Of a stretch of 64,000 bases of DNA, positions 1 to 10,691 are shown one piece after another. Position numbers and translations under genes: made by a program. The stretch lies in contig OZ237767.1 in NCBI GenBank assembly GCA_965178125.1, positions 310,001 through 374,000 on the forward strand. The letters run 5' to 3'. The notes beneath the pieces are model-generated. The model worked only from the letters and a program-made list of their open reading frames with translations. It had not been told where the DNA came from and made no database searches. Source of the DNA: Bilabrum cf. latius. Lineage: Eukaryota. Within the stretch, counting starts at the first letter, position 1, and every line of letters starts with the position of its first letter.

Positions 1-1
1 A

Positions 2-1510
2 TAGCCTTTTACAGTAAAAGTTTATGAATGGGCTGAACCTACTGAAGTTATGAACAGTGAAGAAACCTTATCCACAATCTCACCCGTTGGACGCCCTGAC
101 ACTGTTGGTGATTATCGTGAAGTAAGTGATACCCTTAAAAATCCTTTAGCTTGGGGTTAGGATGTTGGATATAGTGCCGGTGATAGCTTTAGTTATCGTG
201 GAGCATATGGGAATGCTTTTACGACTGTAAGTGCTGATTTCGTTGCGGGTAATAGAGACCAAATTGATTGGACTATTGATTTTCAAGAAGCTATACCACT
301 AAAAGGAGCAGATGTTGATGTGAATGCTAAGTATTTTACCGGTGTAAGAAGCCTTCAAGTTGATTTAGATTATCACGTAAATGCTATTCAAAGACTGTGT
401 AAGGCTAGTCTTACAAAAGATAACGGAGATATTAATAAAATAACGGCTTAGTCAATTATAGGAGAAACAAATACGACCCTTCTTGTTGATGAAGTTGAAT
501 TTTAGAGTGGATACGCCCCCCCGACTCGTTGTATGTATAATATGCCTACAATTAAATTTTAGTCTTAGGCTCCTATCCCTGTAGCTAAATCCGCGACTGA
601 AAATTCTTTAACTTCTTTTGATTATCAATTATCCCGTGAGAATGGTATCCCTAGTGCTATTATGGTATGTGCCCGCCTTGTTGGTTGTGATGATAACCCT
701 AACTGGGCTAATAGAACTTTACCAATTAGAAGAATAGGTTTCTCACTCAATGGAAGTGCTGAGGAATTAGGGGCTGTAGATAATCCACACGAATTATATA
801 GAATTAGTAGAAAGAACGGATATGCTCTTCCTCCTTCATCCTTTTATGGTTCATCAATTGATGGAAGTGATGGAAACCGCGGTACTGGTTGCTATATGAT
901 TTTAAAACCTTCAGATGTTGCTACACTTGCTGGTGTTCAATCTAATGTAAATACTGGATTTAATCTTAAAGTTAATCTTCAGTGCTTCAACCCTTATAAT
1001 AAATATGCGGATGGTGCGAATGAGGATAAATACGAGATAAAAGTATGGATGTTTTATGATAATGTTCTTGTGAATGATAACGGTGTCTATACTGAGGCTG
1101 GTGCCCTTATTGAGCCTTCCAAAGTGCTTTCTGAACTTGCTAAACGTGGTGATGCTGAAAGTGGTTCTAAAGGTTTCTAGCCTGTATTTGAGGATTTAGA
1201 TAATTATGCTAATGTTATGGGTGGAAAAGGTCGTTTCTGGTCTAAGATTGGACGAGCCTTTAAACACGGATGGAACAAGGTTAAAGATTGGGCAAAAAGT
1301 GATTAGGCTAAAAACCTAGCTAAACAAATTAGGAATATAGGACCACTCAAAAGTCTAACAGGAAACAATACCGCTCTTGGCAAAGCGGCGGCACATTATG
1401 GATATGGAAATAGTGGAGGAGAATTGAATAAGCTTGGTGGAAAACTTACGATGCGTGGTGGCTAGGCTATGCGTGGAGAAGATCTCGAGGCCCTTTTAAG
1501 CACATCTTAA
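2..1510 (+). CDS. Major capsid protein, virophage type (5' end outside window)
   Basis: Frame is open from 2 to TAA at 1508-1510 when TAG is read through (>500 aa). Beta-rich body, then a C-terminal MGG-KGRFWSKIGRAFKHGWNKVKDW amphipathic, Gly-rich tail like the protease-cleaved tails of Sputnik/mavirus MCPs. Confidence 0.8.
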
Positions 1511-1511
1511 A

Positions 1512-1529
1512 CGTTTAAAATGACTTAAA
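1512..1529 (+). promoter_or_regulatory. Viral upstream motif CGTTTAAAATGACTTAAA
   Basis: Ends 29 nt before ATG 1558; the same motif recurs at matching spacing before several other viral genes. Confidence 0.7.
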
Positions 1530-1557
1530 TATATATTAACTAACTAATATATATCAA

Positions 1558-1848
1558 ATGGAAAAGTTAAATAAAATTATTGAGAATCTACCGCCTACAC
1601 ACGATGTCTATATCCAGACAGAAATTGATGGAGTTTTGACCGTAATTTTTACAAATAGTGATTAGGTAAAAGAAATCACCAATCAATTAAAAAAAGACAG
1701 TAGAGAGGAGCTATTATATCTCAAATATTCAACCTATAAATGTATTATATAGACGAGGAATAAGTATAGAGATGATGACATTTTACTTCATTATTTGGCT
1801 GTTTGTCTATTAGAAAAGAAACCCATTCAATTACATAAGGCAAGATAA
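1558..1848 (+). CDS. Hypothetical viral protein (96 aa, 2 in-frame TAG)
   Basis: ATG follows the conserved motif; ends TAA; followed by an AT hairpin at 1859-1883. Confidence 0.7.
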
Positions 1849-1900
1849 TCATTTTATTATTTATTTATACATATTAAATAAATATATGACCTGTGAATGA

Positions 1901-2012
1901 TACTTTCCGAAGTTGGTTCACACTTTCCGAAGTTGGTTCACACTTTTCAAAGTAGGTTCACACTTTCCGAAGTTGGTTCATACTTTTCAAAGTAGGTTCA
2001 TACTTTCCAAAG
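1901..2012. repeat. Tandem array of ~5.6 x 20-bp units (YACTTTYCRAAGTWGGTTCA)
   Basis: Units start at 1901, 1921, 1941, 1961, 1981 and 2001. Two variants alternate, each with an internal dyad ACTTT-nn-RAAGT. Confidence 0.95.
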
Positions 2013-2114
2013 AACTATTTAACCGGTCTAATTAACTAATATTTTAATAATATTAATTATTATAATCATCTATATCTATAGTGTCTATTTTTAAGCCCCT
2101 TTTTTATAATAAAA

Positions 2115-2134
2115 CGCGTTTAAAATGACTTAAA
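2115..2134 (+). promoter_or_regulatory. Viral upstream motif CGCGTTTAAAATGACTTAAA
   Basis: Ends 30 nt before ATG 2164; an identical 20-mer lies on the minus strand at 3612-3631. Confidence 0.7.
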
Positions 2135-2163
2135 GATTATATTATATAGATATTATATAGAGA

Positions 2164-2715
2164 ATGTGTAAAAAGTGTATTGAACAAATATAGGAACATA
2201 CCGGTAATATAAAATGGATGGACATTTAGAAGAAATTAATTCATATTGGTTCAACCGTTATTCAAGGTGATAAATTGGGTAATTGTATTTGTGGGCACGA
2301 GATACGAACCGAGCACGAAATAGAGCATACCCCTAGTGGATATGTTTTTAAAGTGGGTTCTAGTTGTATAAAGTAGATGATAAAGGATAAAAAAAATCAA
2401 ATTCGTAAAAAATGTTTATATTAGTGGTGTGGAATATGTAAAAAGGATGTCGCAAGAGACCGATATAATAAGCACTGTGAAGGAATAAGACATATTGAGT
2501 TAGAAAAGAAATAGAAAAAGTTAGAGGAAAAAAAGAGGAATGAAAAAAGATGTGATGTGTGTCTTTGTAAAATGGCTAGAGGTAATTGGAGGACAACCTG
2601 TAAGTCTTGTTATACGATTACAAAATATGGAAAAAAGGCGTGTAAAAAATGCGGAGTGTCTAGAATTAAAGATATGAAATATTCAATTTGTTATAAATGT
2701 CATATTGGTAAATAA
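2164..2715 (+). CDS. Cys-rich multi-zinc-finger viral protein (183 aa)
   Basis: Open with TAG=Gln, ends TAA. Motifs: CICGHEI...VGSSCI, CGIC...HCEGIRH (C2H2) and two further CxxC...CxxC pairs. Confidence 0.8.
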
Positions 2716-3037
2716 TAATTAGATATTAATGATAAAATTAATATTTAACATATTGATGATGGGAGTTAGAAGGGGCTATATTACAACCTTCTAAAGTGAT
2801 AGAACTTTTGGGCTAGAAATACGTTATCAATCAAATCATCTTCATAAAACTAATCCATCCACGTTTTGCTAAATAATACATATACTAATACGCAATTTGT
2901 GGATATAGCCATCGTATGGATTTTATAATAGAGATAACCATATATATTTTAATATTCTAGCCCTTTTATTAGATGGTCAAGGTGTTCAATTATTAATAAA
3001 GATATCATATTTAATATTAGTATAAATATTAAATTAT

Positions 3038-3583
3038 TTAGAAATCTTTTAATGCTTCTTGAAGTTGCTCTCTAAAGGCTTCTTCATCATCATCTTCATC
3101 ATCTGGTTTCTCAACATTTCTATTATTATCACGTTTTTGTTTCTTCTTATTCCTCTTCTTAGTCTTTTTCTTGGGTCTTCTTGGTTCTTCTTCTTCTTCT
3201 GGTTCCTCTACTTCCTCGGGTATAAATTGACCGTATGACAAATTAATATATTTGATGGCTTTGTCCTTCTTTTTAATTGTCATTATGGGGTCTTTACTCT
3301 CAAAATTTCCTGTATAATAAATCGGGGGCTCACTAGAAAACATATAAATGTATGGAACAAATGGATTTTTGGCACTGTCGGTCTTCATATCAGGGGTTAG
3401 ATACAAACCATTTAATTCGTCTTCATCCACTAGTTCAAATTTATCTTCTACGGTATTATTAAAAAATATCCCTTTAAAAGTTTTAAAGAAGAATTGATTA
3501 ATATATTTCTTGGCTTTCTTTACGGCTCCCTCTTCTAAAAGTTCCATTAATTCGCTTGGTTCATAACTCTAAAATTTTGACAT
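3038..3583 (-). CDS. Hypothetical viral protein with acidic/basic low-complexity C-terminus (181 aa)
   Basis: ORF 3038..3547 extends through one TAG to ATG 3583, which is 29 nt from the conserved motif; ends TAA. Confidence 0.8.
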
Positions 3584-3610
3584 TCTATATATATTATAAT
3601 AAAATAAAAT

Positions 3611-3646
3611 CTTTAAGTCATTTTAAACGCGTCTATTTGGCTTAAA
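3611..3646. promoter_or_regulatory. Back-to-back viral promoter motifs (TGACTTAAA minus, TGGCTTAAA plus)
   Basis: Divergent motifs end 29 and 30 nt from ATG 3583 (minus) and ATG 3676 (plus). Confidence 0.7.
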
Positions 3647-3675
3647 AATAAAATATCTATAGTATATATATAAAA

Positions 3676-4020
3676 ATGGTTAAATTAAGTGATATTCAAA
3701 TCGTTAGAACTCAACTTGTTAAAAACAATAAGCCCGTATATAATTTTGTGTTCCCTCTTCGTGAAAATGATAATGGATATAATGATTTAGAAATGAAGAC
3801 TTTATTAAAAAAATATATCTAGAGGTTATTAAAACAAAAGCCCCATTTAAAGAATTATGATGCGTATGTTAGCTCTCTCTACCCCATAGGCTGGCGAACT
3901 TCGTCACCATTTAAATTAAAGGATGATGTAATGTTATTCAGTCCTTCTTCTCGTTATACCTTCTTAAGTGATGAGCAAGTGAAGAGATTTATATTAATCC
4001 TCACTGCTCCGAAACAATAA
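3676..4020 (+). CDS. Hypothetical viral protein upstream of pPolB (114 aa; terminal-protein candidate)
   Basis: One in-frame TAG, ends TAA, has its own upstream motif; contains YVSSLYPIGWRTS. Function is inference only. Confidence 0.7.
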
Positions 4021-4098
4021 TTACATTTTATAATTTAAACTTTATAATATGTGTTTAAAATGGCTTAAAAATATATTAAATATAATATACTATAGGAA

Positions 4099-5598
4099 AT
4101 GATAAATTACGAAAATGTGTTAAATCAATTAAATATATGCTTTGGTAAAAAGTATGATAACCCCATTCAATCCGTAAAGTATCTAGAAAAGGTATTTAAC
4201 GGTAAGCCCATAACTACAAAGAACCTTTATAAACTTGTTTCAGGTTTAAAAATGGATATAGAGATTAGAGAGAAAGACGATATAAAGGTCTATTATCTAA
4301 GTAGGAAAAAAGAGAGTTTTAAAAGGGTTTGTTTAGAATATAAAGATGGTTCATTTAAAGCCGTCTAGAGGATGAAACCTTTATTTGTGCGGTGCCATAA
4401 ATCTATGGTTGTTAAATTAACCGATAAAGCCGAAATAATTGAAAAAGATAAATATAGAGTTGAGAGCCTGACCGATTATCATTCAAAGAAATATTATCTT
4501 CATTATACCATTCACGAATGCCCAGAGGATGAAGATATCAAAGAATGGAGTTTAAGGTTGAGTATAGCAAGTGATGAATTACACGATGAGAACCCATCAT
4601 TAGATGTAATGAAATATGGAATCAGACAAACAGCCCTTCATTTCTTTACAATGTTTAATATGATGATAGATAGCCCACCAGATATAACCCCAGAGGAAGC
4701 GGTATTTATTGAAGGTTCAACGCGTGGCGGGATTCAATATCACAAGAAGGGACAATATGAGGAGTTTATCACCTACGATATAAATAGTCATTACCCCGCC
4801 ATTATGTCATCTAATTCACTACTACCATATGGAAATCCTATTTATAAAACAATTGATAATAAATAGATAAATAATAAAAACGAAATAGGGATTTATAAAT
4901 GTAAGGTGAGCCAAGGGAAATGCGACCCGAATATCTTTCAAATGATGAAGGTATTTGAAAATGAATTTACTTATTATGTCTTTACAGATATGAATATGTT
5001 TGTTAAATATGGTTGTGAGATAGAGATGTCAAGCGACGAATTTAATTTTATGACCTATGATAAATTTATCAAAAGTGAAACACTTTTTAAATCCTATGTC
5101 TCAATGTTCTACAAATTAAAAAGCAAATCATATCTAGCAAAAGAAATATTAAATTCATTATGGGGTAAATTATGTAGTTCCTCTAAAAAGACAATTACAT
5201 CAAAAGACGATAAAAAAATAAATATAGATAAATTTGATATTGACCGTGTAGAAATGGATAATGACGGAGAATTTATTTATCATTTAAAACATAAAGTACC
5301 CTTTAAATATAGCTGGGGAAAATTGAAACCTTTTATTCTGGCATATGGAAGACAACGATTGATGAAGAAAGTGAATAAGAACAACGCTAAACATATTATA
5401 CGAATTCACACCGACAGTATCACATTTAACAAAAGATTAAATTTTAAAGTAGGTAAAGAATTAGGTGAATATAAAAAAGAATAGATAAATGAAGAAGGAT
5501 AGAAATTAATTATCCACGGATAGAATGATTTAATGGTCGTAAATGAAAAAGAAGAAATTATATCAAGGAAAGGAAAAAAAGGCGGTTTAATGCTTTGA
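4099..5598 (+). CDS. Protein-primed family B DNA polymerase (499 aa)
   Basis: Three track ORFs join through TAGs into one frame ending TGA. Motifs: TRGG, YDINSHYP (A), KEILNSLWGKL (B), ILAYGR, IHTDSI (C), LGEYKKE. Long insertions between A-B and B-C match TPR1/TPR2 of protein-primed enzymes. Confidence 0.92.
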
Positions 5599-5625
5599 AT
5601 TAAATATTTATTAATTATATAATAT

Positions 5626-5784
5626 ATGATTAATATTATTAGTAATATCTTTGTTTAGTATGCTATTAAGAAGGCATTAAAGAAGGTAAAAAATAAATTA
5701 ATGAAGAATCCAAATAATAAAAGACTCTATGAAGAATATAGAAAAAAAACGGCTCACGCTATTAAAAAATTATCATTTTATTAA
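5626..5784 (+). CDS. Small Lys-rich viral protein (52 aa)
   Basis: ATG after a TATA-rich spacer, one TAG, TAA stop; fills the gap between pPolB and the next gene. Confidence 0.45.
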
Positions 5785-5792
5785 TTATACAA

Positions 5793-6215
5793 ATGAATGA
5801 TAATATACCTAGTTATATTAATAATCCTAAAATTTACAAAAAAGCAATCCAAGAAGTAAATAGAACGTATAAAAAACCATCAGCTTATCGTTCATTAGCC
5901 TATCTAAAAAAATATAAACAACTAGGGGGGACATATGATAAAATTAAATTAAATGAAGCATAGAAAAATTTAAGAAGGTGGAAATTAGAGGATTGGAAGA
6001 ATTAGAAGGGAGAAAAGGGATATTAGGAAAAAGGAGATATATATAGACCCACTAAAAGAATAAATAAAGAGACCCCTTTAACCTTTGGAGAATTAGACAC
6101 GGAAGAAATAGAGGAAGCAATGAAGGAAAAATTTAATAACGGACACGTGAAATCATTTAGACCTAAACCAGTTTTTAATTTATATAAATCAACTAAATCA
6201 AATAAAAATATATGA
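5793..6215 (+). CDS. DUF5872-like conserved giant-virus/virophage protein (140 aa; probably frameshifted fusion with next ORF)
   Basis: Pattern PSAYRS..Y..LGG.Y..LRRW..EDW..YRPTKR..TPLT..EL; 3 in-frame TAG; TGA stop overlaps ATG 6212. Confidence 0.7.
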
Positions 6216-6499
6216 TTAAAGTAGTTCAAGGTAATAATATTCTGTTTACTGTTCATTTTGGTGGAATTAAGAATGATGGTACCCCTTATATGGACTTTAT
6301 ACAATATTATAATAAAGATGGAGAGAAGGAAGCAAACCGTAAAAAGAAAAATTATATTAAAAGACATTCAATAAATGAAGACTTTAAAGACTATAAATCC
6401 CCCGCTTTTTGGTCTAGGTTTGTATTATGGAATGAACCAACATTAAAAGATAGCTTTATGGACGCCGTAGATAGAGCTAAAAAATTAATGAAAGTTTAA
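6212..6499 (+). CDS. Tlr6F-like (DUF5754-like) protein
   Basis: VHFG..PYMDF..R...YIKRH..SPAFWSRFVLW pattern typical of Tlr6F homologues in virophages, Polinton-like viruses and giant viruses. Confidence 0.75.
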   Translation: MIKVVQGNNILFTVHFGGIKNDGTPYMDFIQYYNKDGEKEANRKKKNYIKRHSINEDFKDYKSPAFWSRFVLWNEPTLKDSFMDAVDRAKKLMKV

Positions 6500-6552
6500 T
6501 ATTATAGGTTTGATATAAGTTTTAGTTTTTCTCTTATTTATATATACAAAAA

Positions 6553-7089
6553 ATGAGCTTAGCAAGATTATCGCAACCTAATGATATGTCTATTCAATGT
6601 AAGAATGTCGCAACTGGTAAAATTGATAGCACTGGTATTGACCTAAATGCTGTCCTAGACAGTAGTGGCAACCTACAAGGAAACCCTGGAATTCATTTTG
6701 ATTCACAACACGGTGTAGGATATTTTACCACTGGCAGTGCTTTACGATTTGGTGCTAATTCCGCATCTGCTGGTTTAGTTATGAAGTTTGATGAAGATGG
6801 ACACGAATGTGATATAACCGTAAAAGGTGAAGTAGTAGCCACCAATTCAATCAAAGCTAAAGGTAAAATGGAATGGTCAAATGGTGGTAGTGAAAAACAA
6901 ATAGCAGTAGCAGGGGTAACCGAAGATGACGAAATACATGTTACCACTACTAAACCAGCAAATGAGGTTGATACTGAATTCTCACACGCTACTTGTGGAA
7001 TTGGTGTTATCACCGTTCATTTAACCAATAATTGTGTATCAAATTCTTTTGAATGTAATTGGATGGTTCTTCCCGGTGAAAGTTTATAA
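6553..7089 (+). CDS. Putative virion fibre/minor structural protein (178 aa)
   Basis: Intact ORF, Gly/Ser/Thr-rich and beta-strand-like; N-terminus MSLARLSQPNDMSIQC. Lacks the GRCTTAAA motif. Function is inferred. Confidence 0.55.
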   Translation: MSLARLSQPNDMSIQCKNVATGKIDSTGIDLNAVLDSSGNLQGNPGIHFDSQHGVGYFTTGSALRFGANSASAGLVMKFDEDGHECDITVKGEVVATNSIKAKGKMEWSNGGSEKQIAVAGVTEDDEIHVTTTKPANEVDTEFSHATCGIGVITVHLTNNCVSNSFECNWMVLPGESL

Positions 7090-7145
7090 ATATTTTTTAT
7101 ACTTTTTAACCTTTTTATTTATAATAAATAAATAAATAGATAAAT

Positions 7146-7448
7146 TTAAATTGATATCTCCGGTGGTTTAATCCCGCTATTAAGCAAGGTTTGATTAAGT
7201 TTTTTGATATATTCCTCTAGTATATCCTTTTTTGGTTCTTTGAGATTTTTTTGGTGTTTCTTCGTTCGTTCGTGTCTCGTTCTGTCCTTCCTTCTATAAT
7301 AACAATCACACACATCGCATTTAACTTTTTCATTTCCTCTAGCTAAATATTTTTTATTCCATTTGTCTTTGTTTGTTTTGTAATATTCCTACATATAATT
7401 AATTTTTGGTTGCTCCTCTGTATTGCTTGAACTCTAAATATCGCTCAT
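7146..7448 (-). CDS. C2H2 zinc-finger viral protein (100 aa)
   Basis: VKCDVCDCYYRRKDRTRHERTKKH; 2 in-frame TAG; TAA stop; upstream motif variant at 7476-7494. Confidence 0.8.
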
Positions 7449-7506
7449 CACTATATATTATATAAATATATAATGTTTAAGTTATTTTAAACACATAAAA
7501 AAGGTA

Positions 7507-7770
7507 TTAAATATTCCTTTTAGACTCTCTATATTTTTCTCTTCTTCTTTGATTAATCATTTCTCTATTATTCAAATAGTATTCTTTAGCCTTCTAAAGG
7601 TTCTTTTCCTTTATTTTTTCTTTATGCTTTTCATAATACCGCCTATTTTTTTCTGTCGTTGTCAGTCTTCCCTTTTTACTTTCACCTATATATTTATACT
7701 TCTCTAATTGTTCCATTGATATATTCAACTCTTTTAATACAGTATCGTTTATATCTATTATGTATTTCAT
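7507..7770 (-). CDS. Small charged helical viral protein (87 aa)
   Basis: YYEKHKEKI / YYLNNREMI repeats; one TAG; TAA stop; GGCTTAAA at 7810-7817. Confidence 0.65.
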
Positions 7771-7861
7771 TTTTGTCTATATACTATATATTTTATTTAT
7801 AAGATATTTTTTAAGCCTCAATGTATTATATAAATTAAATTATATAAATTAATCAACACAA

Positions 7862-10621
7862 TCACTAATCTAATCTTAAATTTTCAGTTTTATAAAGATT
7901 AATATTATCATCGTTATACTAAAATTCATACACTCTTTCAAATAAGTCTTTCTTTTTCGTAAAACTAACCTTTAACTATCTTACATCCTCTTTTTTCGCC
8001 TTACCCCATTTTGAACTTATACATCCAAACAGCTATTTATATAATTTAATTATTGCTCCGTGTAATTCTATATCCGTCTCAATAGGTTTTTTCATTCTAG
8101 CTCCAACCGTTTCAACATATCTTTTACCTATTTTTCTATATTTATTAGATATTTCATTTTTACGTTTATAATTGATTTCAAACTTACTTAATCCTAAAAT
8201 CTATAACATATCAAATAATAAAACTATCTTATTTTTATCACTTTTAAATTTTTCATCCTCAAAATCACGCCTATCTTTCAATTCAGATAAAATAGTAAAT
8301 TTATTTTTTCTTTTAAAGCTAGCATAATTAAAATAATTCTACAAACTATAATTATCAATGAGAAACTCTTTTAACTATTCATCAATTGATTCTTTAGGAA
8401 TTCCTAATATATTTATTCTTCTCTAGATGTGTTCATTCTCATACTCAAATTTTTCAATCTTTTCATTCTTGAGTTCCTTAATGATTGATGCTATCTATCC
8501 ACCTTTAATTTTTGTTGGTAATTGTCTATCAACCATAACATTAAATCCCCTATTTCTTAATATTTTCTATAAATGAATATATTTATTTGTGTTATACGTA
8601 TCAACTTTATAATTATATAATCGTTTTAGTGGAATATATATTTTAGTGCTCGCATTATACATTAATTTAAATAATCTATCATCATCATCATCTTTTAAAA
8701 TATCATACTCTAATCCATTTTCTTTTAGGCATTTTTGTTCGTATTGTTCTAATGTTCTATAAATCTTACAAGAAGCATTAATTTCCATCTATAATTTACT
8801 ACAAGCATCACTCATTGATTCATATTCAGGATATGTAGATTGAACGCATTCAAAAAAGATATTTATATAAGATGGGTTTCTACATCTTGCTAGCTACTGT
8901 ATCATTTGAGTAGGTAATATAGTTTCACCTTTGAAAAGACCATAAACTGGTCTCTCCATAGTGCTATCTAGCCCGTAAATCACCTTCGGGCTAAAGATTA
9001 TCTTATCATATTTATCTAAATCAATTTCTTCACTAGGTAATAAATCGCTTGTAATCAATTTTATATTTTCTATTCCATCTTTACATAACATTTTATGAAA
9101 TGTATCCGCATTCTTCTTACTATCACAAGAGAGGATAAATTTATCTTCCGCTTTTAATTTATCATAAAACTCCTACTAATCTTTATCAAAATATACATCT
9201 ACACCATTGAAATGTTTATAAATATTCTTATAATATCTGTATTTAACGCCTGTACTCTTCACAAACTTCATCGCAACCTAGCTAATATCAGCATCTACAG
9301 CAATAAACTATTTACAAGTTCTAATCATTTTCTGTATCATAAACAGAACTAACACGCGGTTATTATTCATTGTTGAAGAACTTAAAATGTGTTCTATAAT
9401 ACTATTAAATTCATCTAAGAATACTACATATTTTGAAAAATCATAATTTACAATCTAAGGTAAGCTTTCGGGTGTAATAATAAGGCTCTAACCAAAATCA
9501 AATTTTTTATTCTAGTAAAATTCACATTCTACCCCTTCATCTTTAAAACTTCTATACTATTCACTCCCTAAACAAACCCTTGAAACTATAGAGATAAAAG
9601 GCGTCTTTATCTATTGTATATACTTCTTGAATGCTGTGGTCTTTCCAGTTCCTGTATCACTTTTTATAATGTAATTATGGTCATACTTAAAAAATCTTTC
9701 AGGTTTGTTAATATCATCTAATTTGGGTTTATTAATTTCAATGAATCCATCTACATTTTCTATATGAGGTCTATAAAAACATTTACCATAATATTTATCT
9801 TTTAAATAAAATTTTACACTGTTATCATCATTTTTGATAATCATATTAACAGTATTAAATGTTTTTAGTCTATCAAAATGATGAATTGAATTCCAAACTT
9901 TCATATTATTCACGTAATTATATTTTTTCCCGTTTTTACTCCAATCATTCCATTCTTTTTTAAATCCTAAATATTTACTTGCTAGTGTAGCTTTATACCA
10001 ATCATTAAAATCATCTAAATATTTATTATTCAATCTATTCAATATAATTATCCAATCTTTACTTTCTAAATTGAAATTTAATAAACAATTATTCATATCA
10101 GAGCAATTAACCTCGTTCTTTGATAATGCTCCTTTTATATTAGATTTCTTAGATGATTTAATAATGTAATCACAATAATAATTATATAATTCTTCGGGAC
10201 ACTTCTTTATTTTAGAATCGTTAATAACTTCATATTTATCATAATTTATTGAGCTGGGAGGAATAGGAACATATGCCCCGTCATTTCTTATTTTGATTTG
10301 AACATCCTTATTCTTGGTAGTAAGAATATTCTAATTGTATTCAAAATATAAATGATACTGCCCGTTTGCTGTCTTAATTGTTCTTGTATTGAATCTCTTT
10401 ATATAATCCTTTCCAAATGCTTCAATAAATGAATGCTCTTTAGACCATTTCTATACCTCCAACTCAAATATTGTTATATTATTCTATTCTCCTGTTATCA
10501 TTCCTATATTCTAATTTTTAAACTTCTAAGGGATAACTTTATTTACATATTTCCAATTCTTGACATCGGGGACATCCTGATTATGTTTAAGTGGAAAAGT
10601 TATTAACTATTTTGATGACAT
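7862..10621 (-). CDS. PrimPol + PriCT-2 + SF2 (UL9/origin-binding-type) helicase (919 aa)
   Basis: Single frame with ~27 TAG (manual count), ends TGA. PrimPol motifs NIGMITG, TANGQYHLYF, RNDGAYVPIPPS. PriCT-2-like DW..W..WS..KY..W. Helicase motifs SDTGTGKTT, IVSR, LDEF, DAD, SPKVIYGLD, Q(TAG)LARCR. Confidence 0.9.
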
Positions 10622-10691
10622 ACTATATATTTTATAATATATATAATAATTTTATTTTTAAGCCACGATATAATTATTAAAAACGAAAATT

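Noticed and set aside
1901-2012. CRISPR array
   Set aside because: Units are contiguous with no unique spacers, and no cas genes are present.
2750-3008. Possible small ORFs, including GAILQPSKVIELL resembling MCP GALIEPSKVLSEL
   Set aside because: The frame with the resemblance has no start codon, and other frames are under 45 aa. The similarity is too short to separate from chance.
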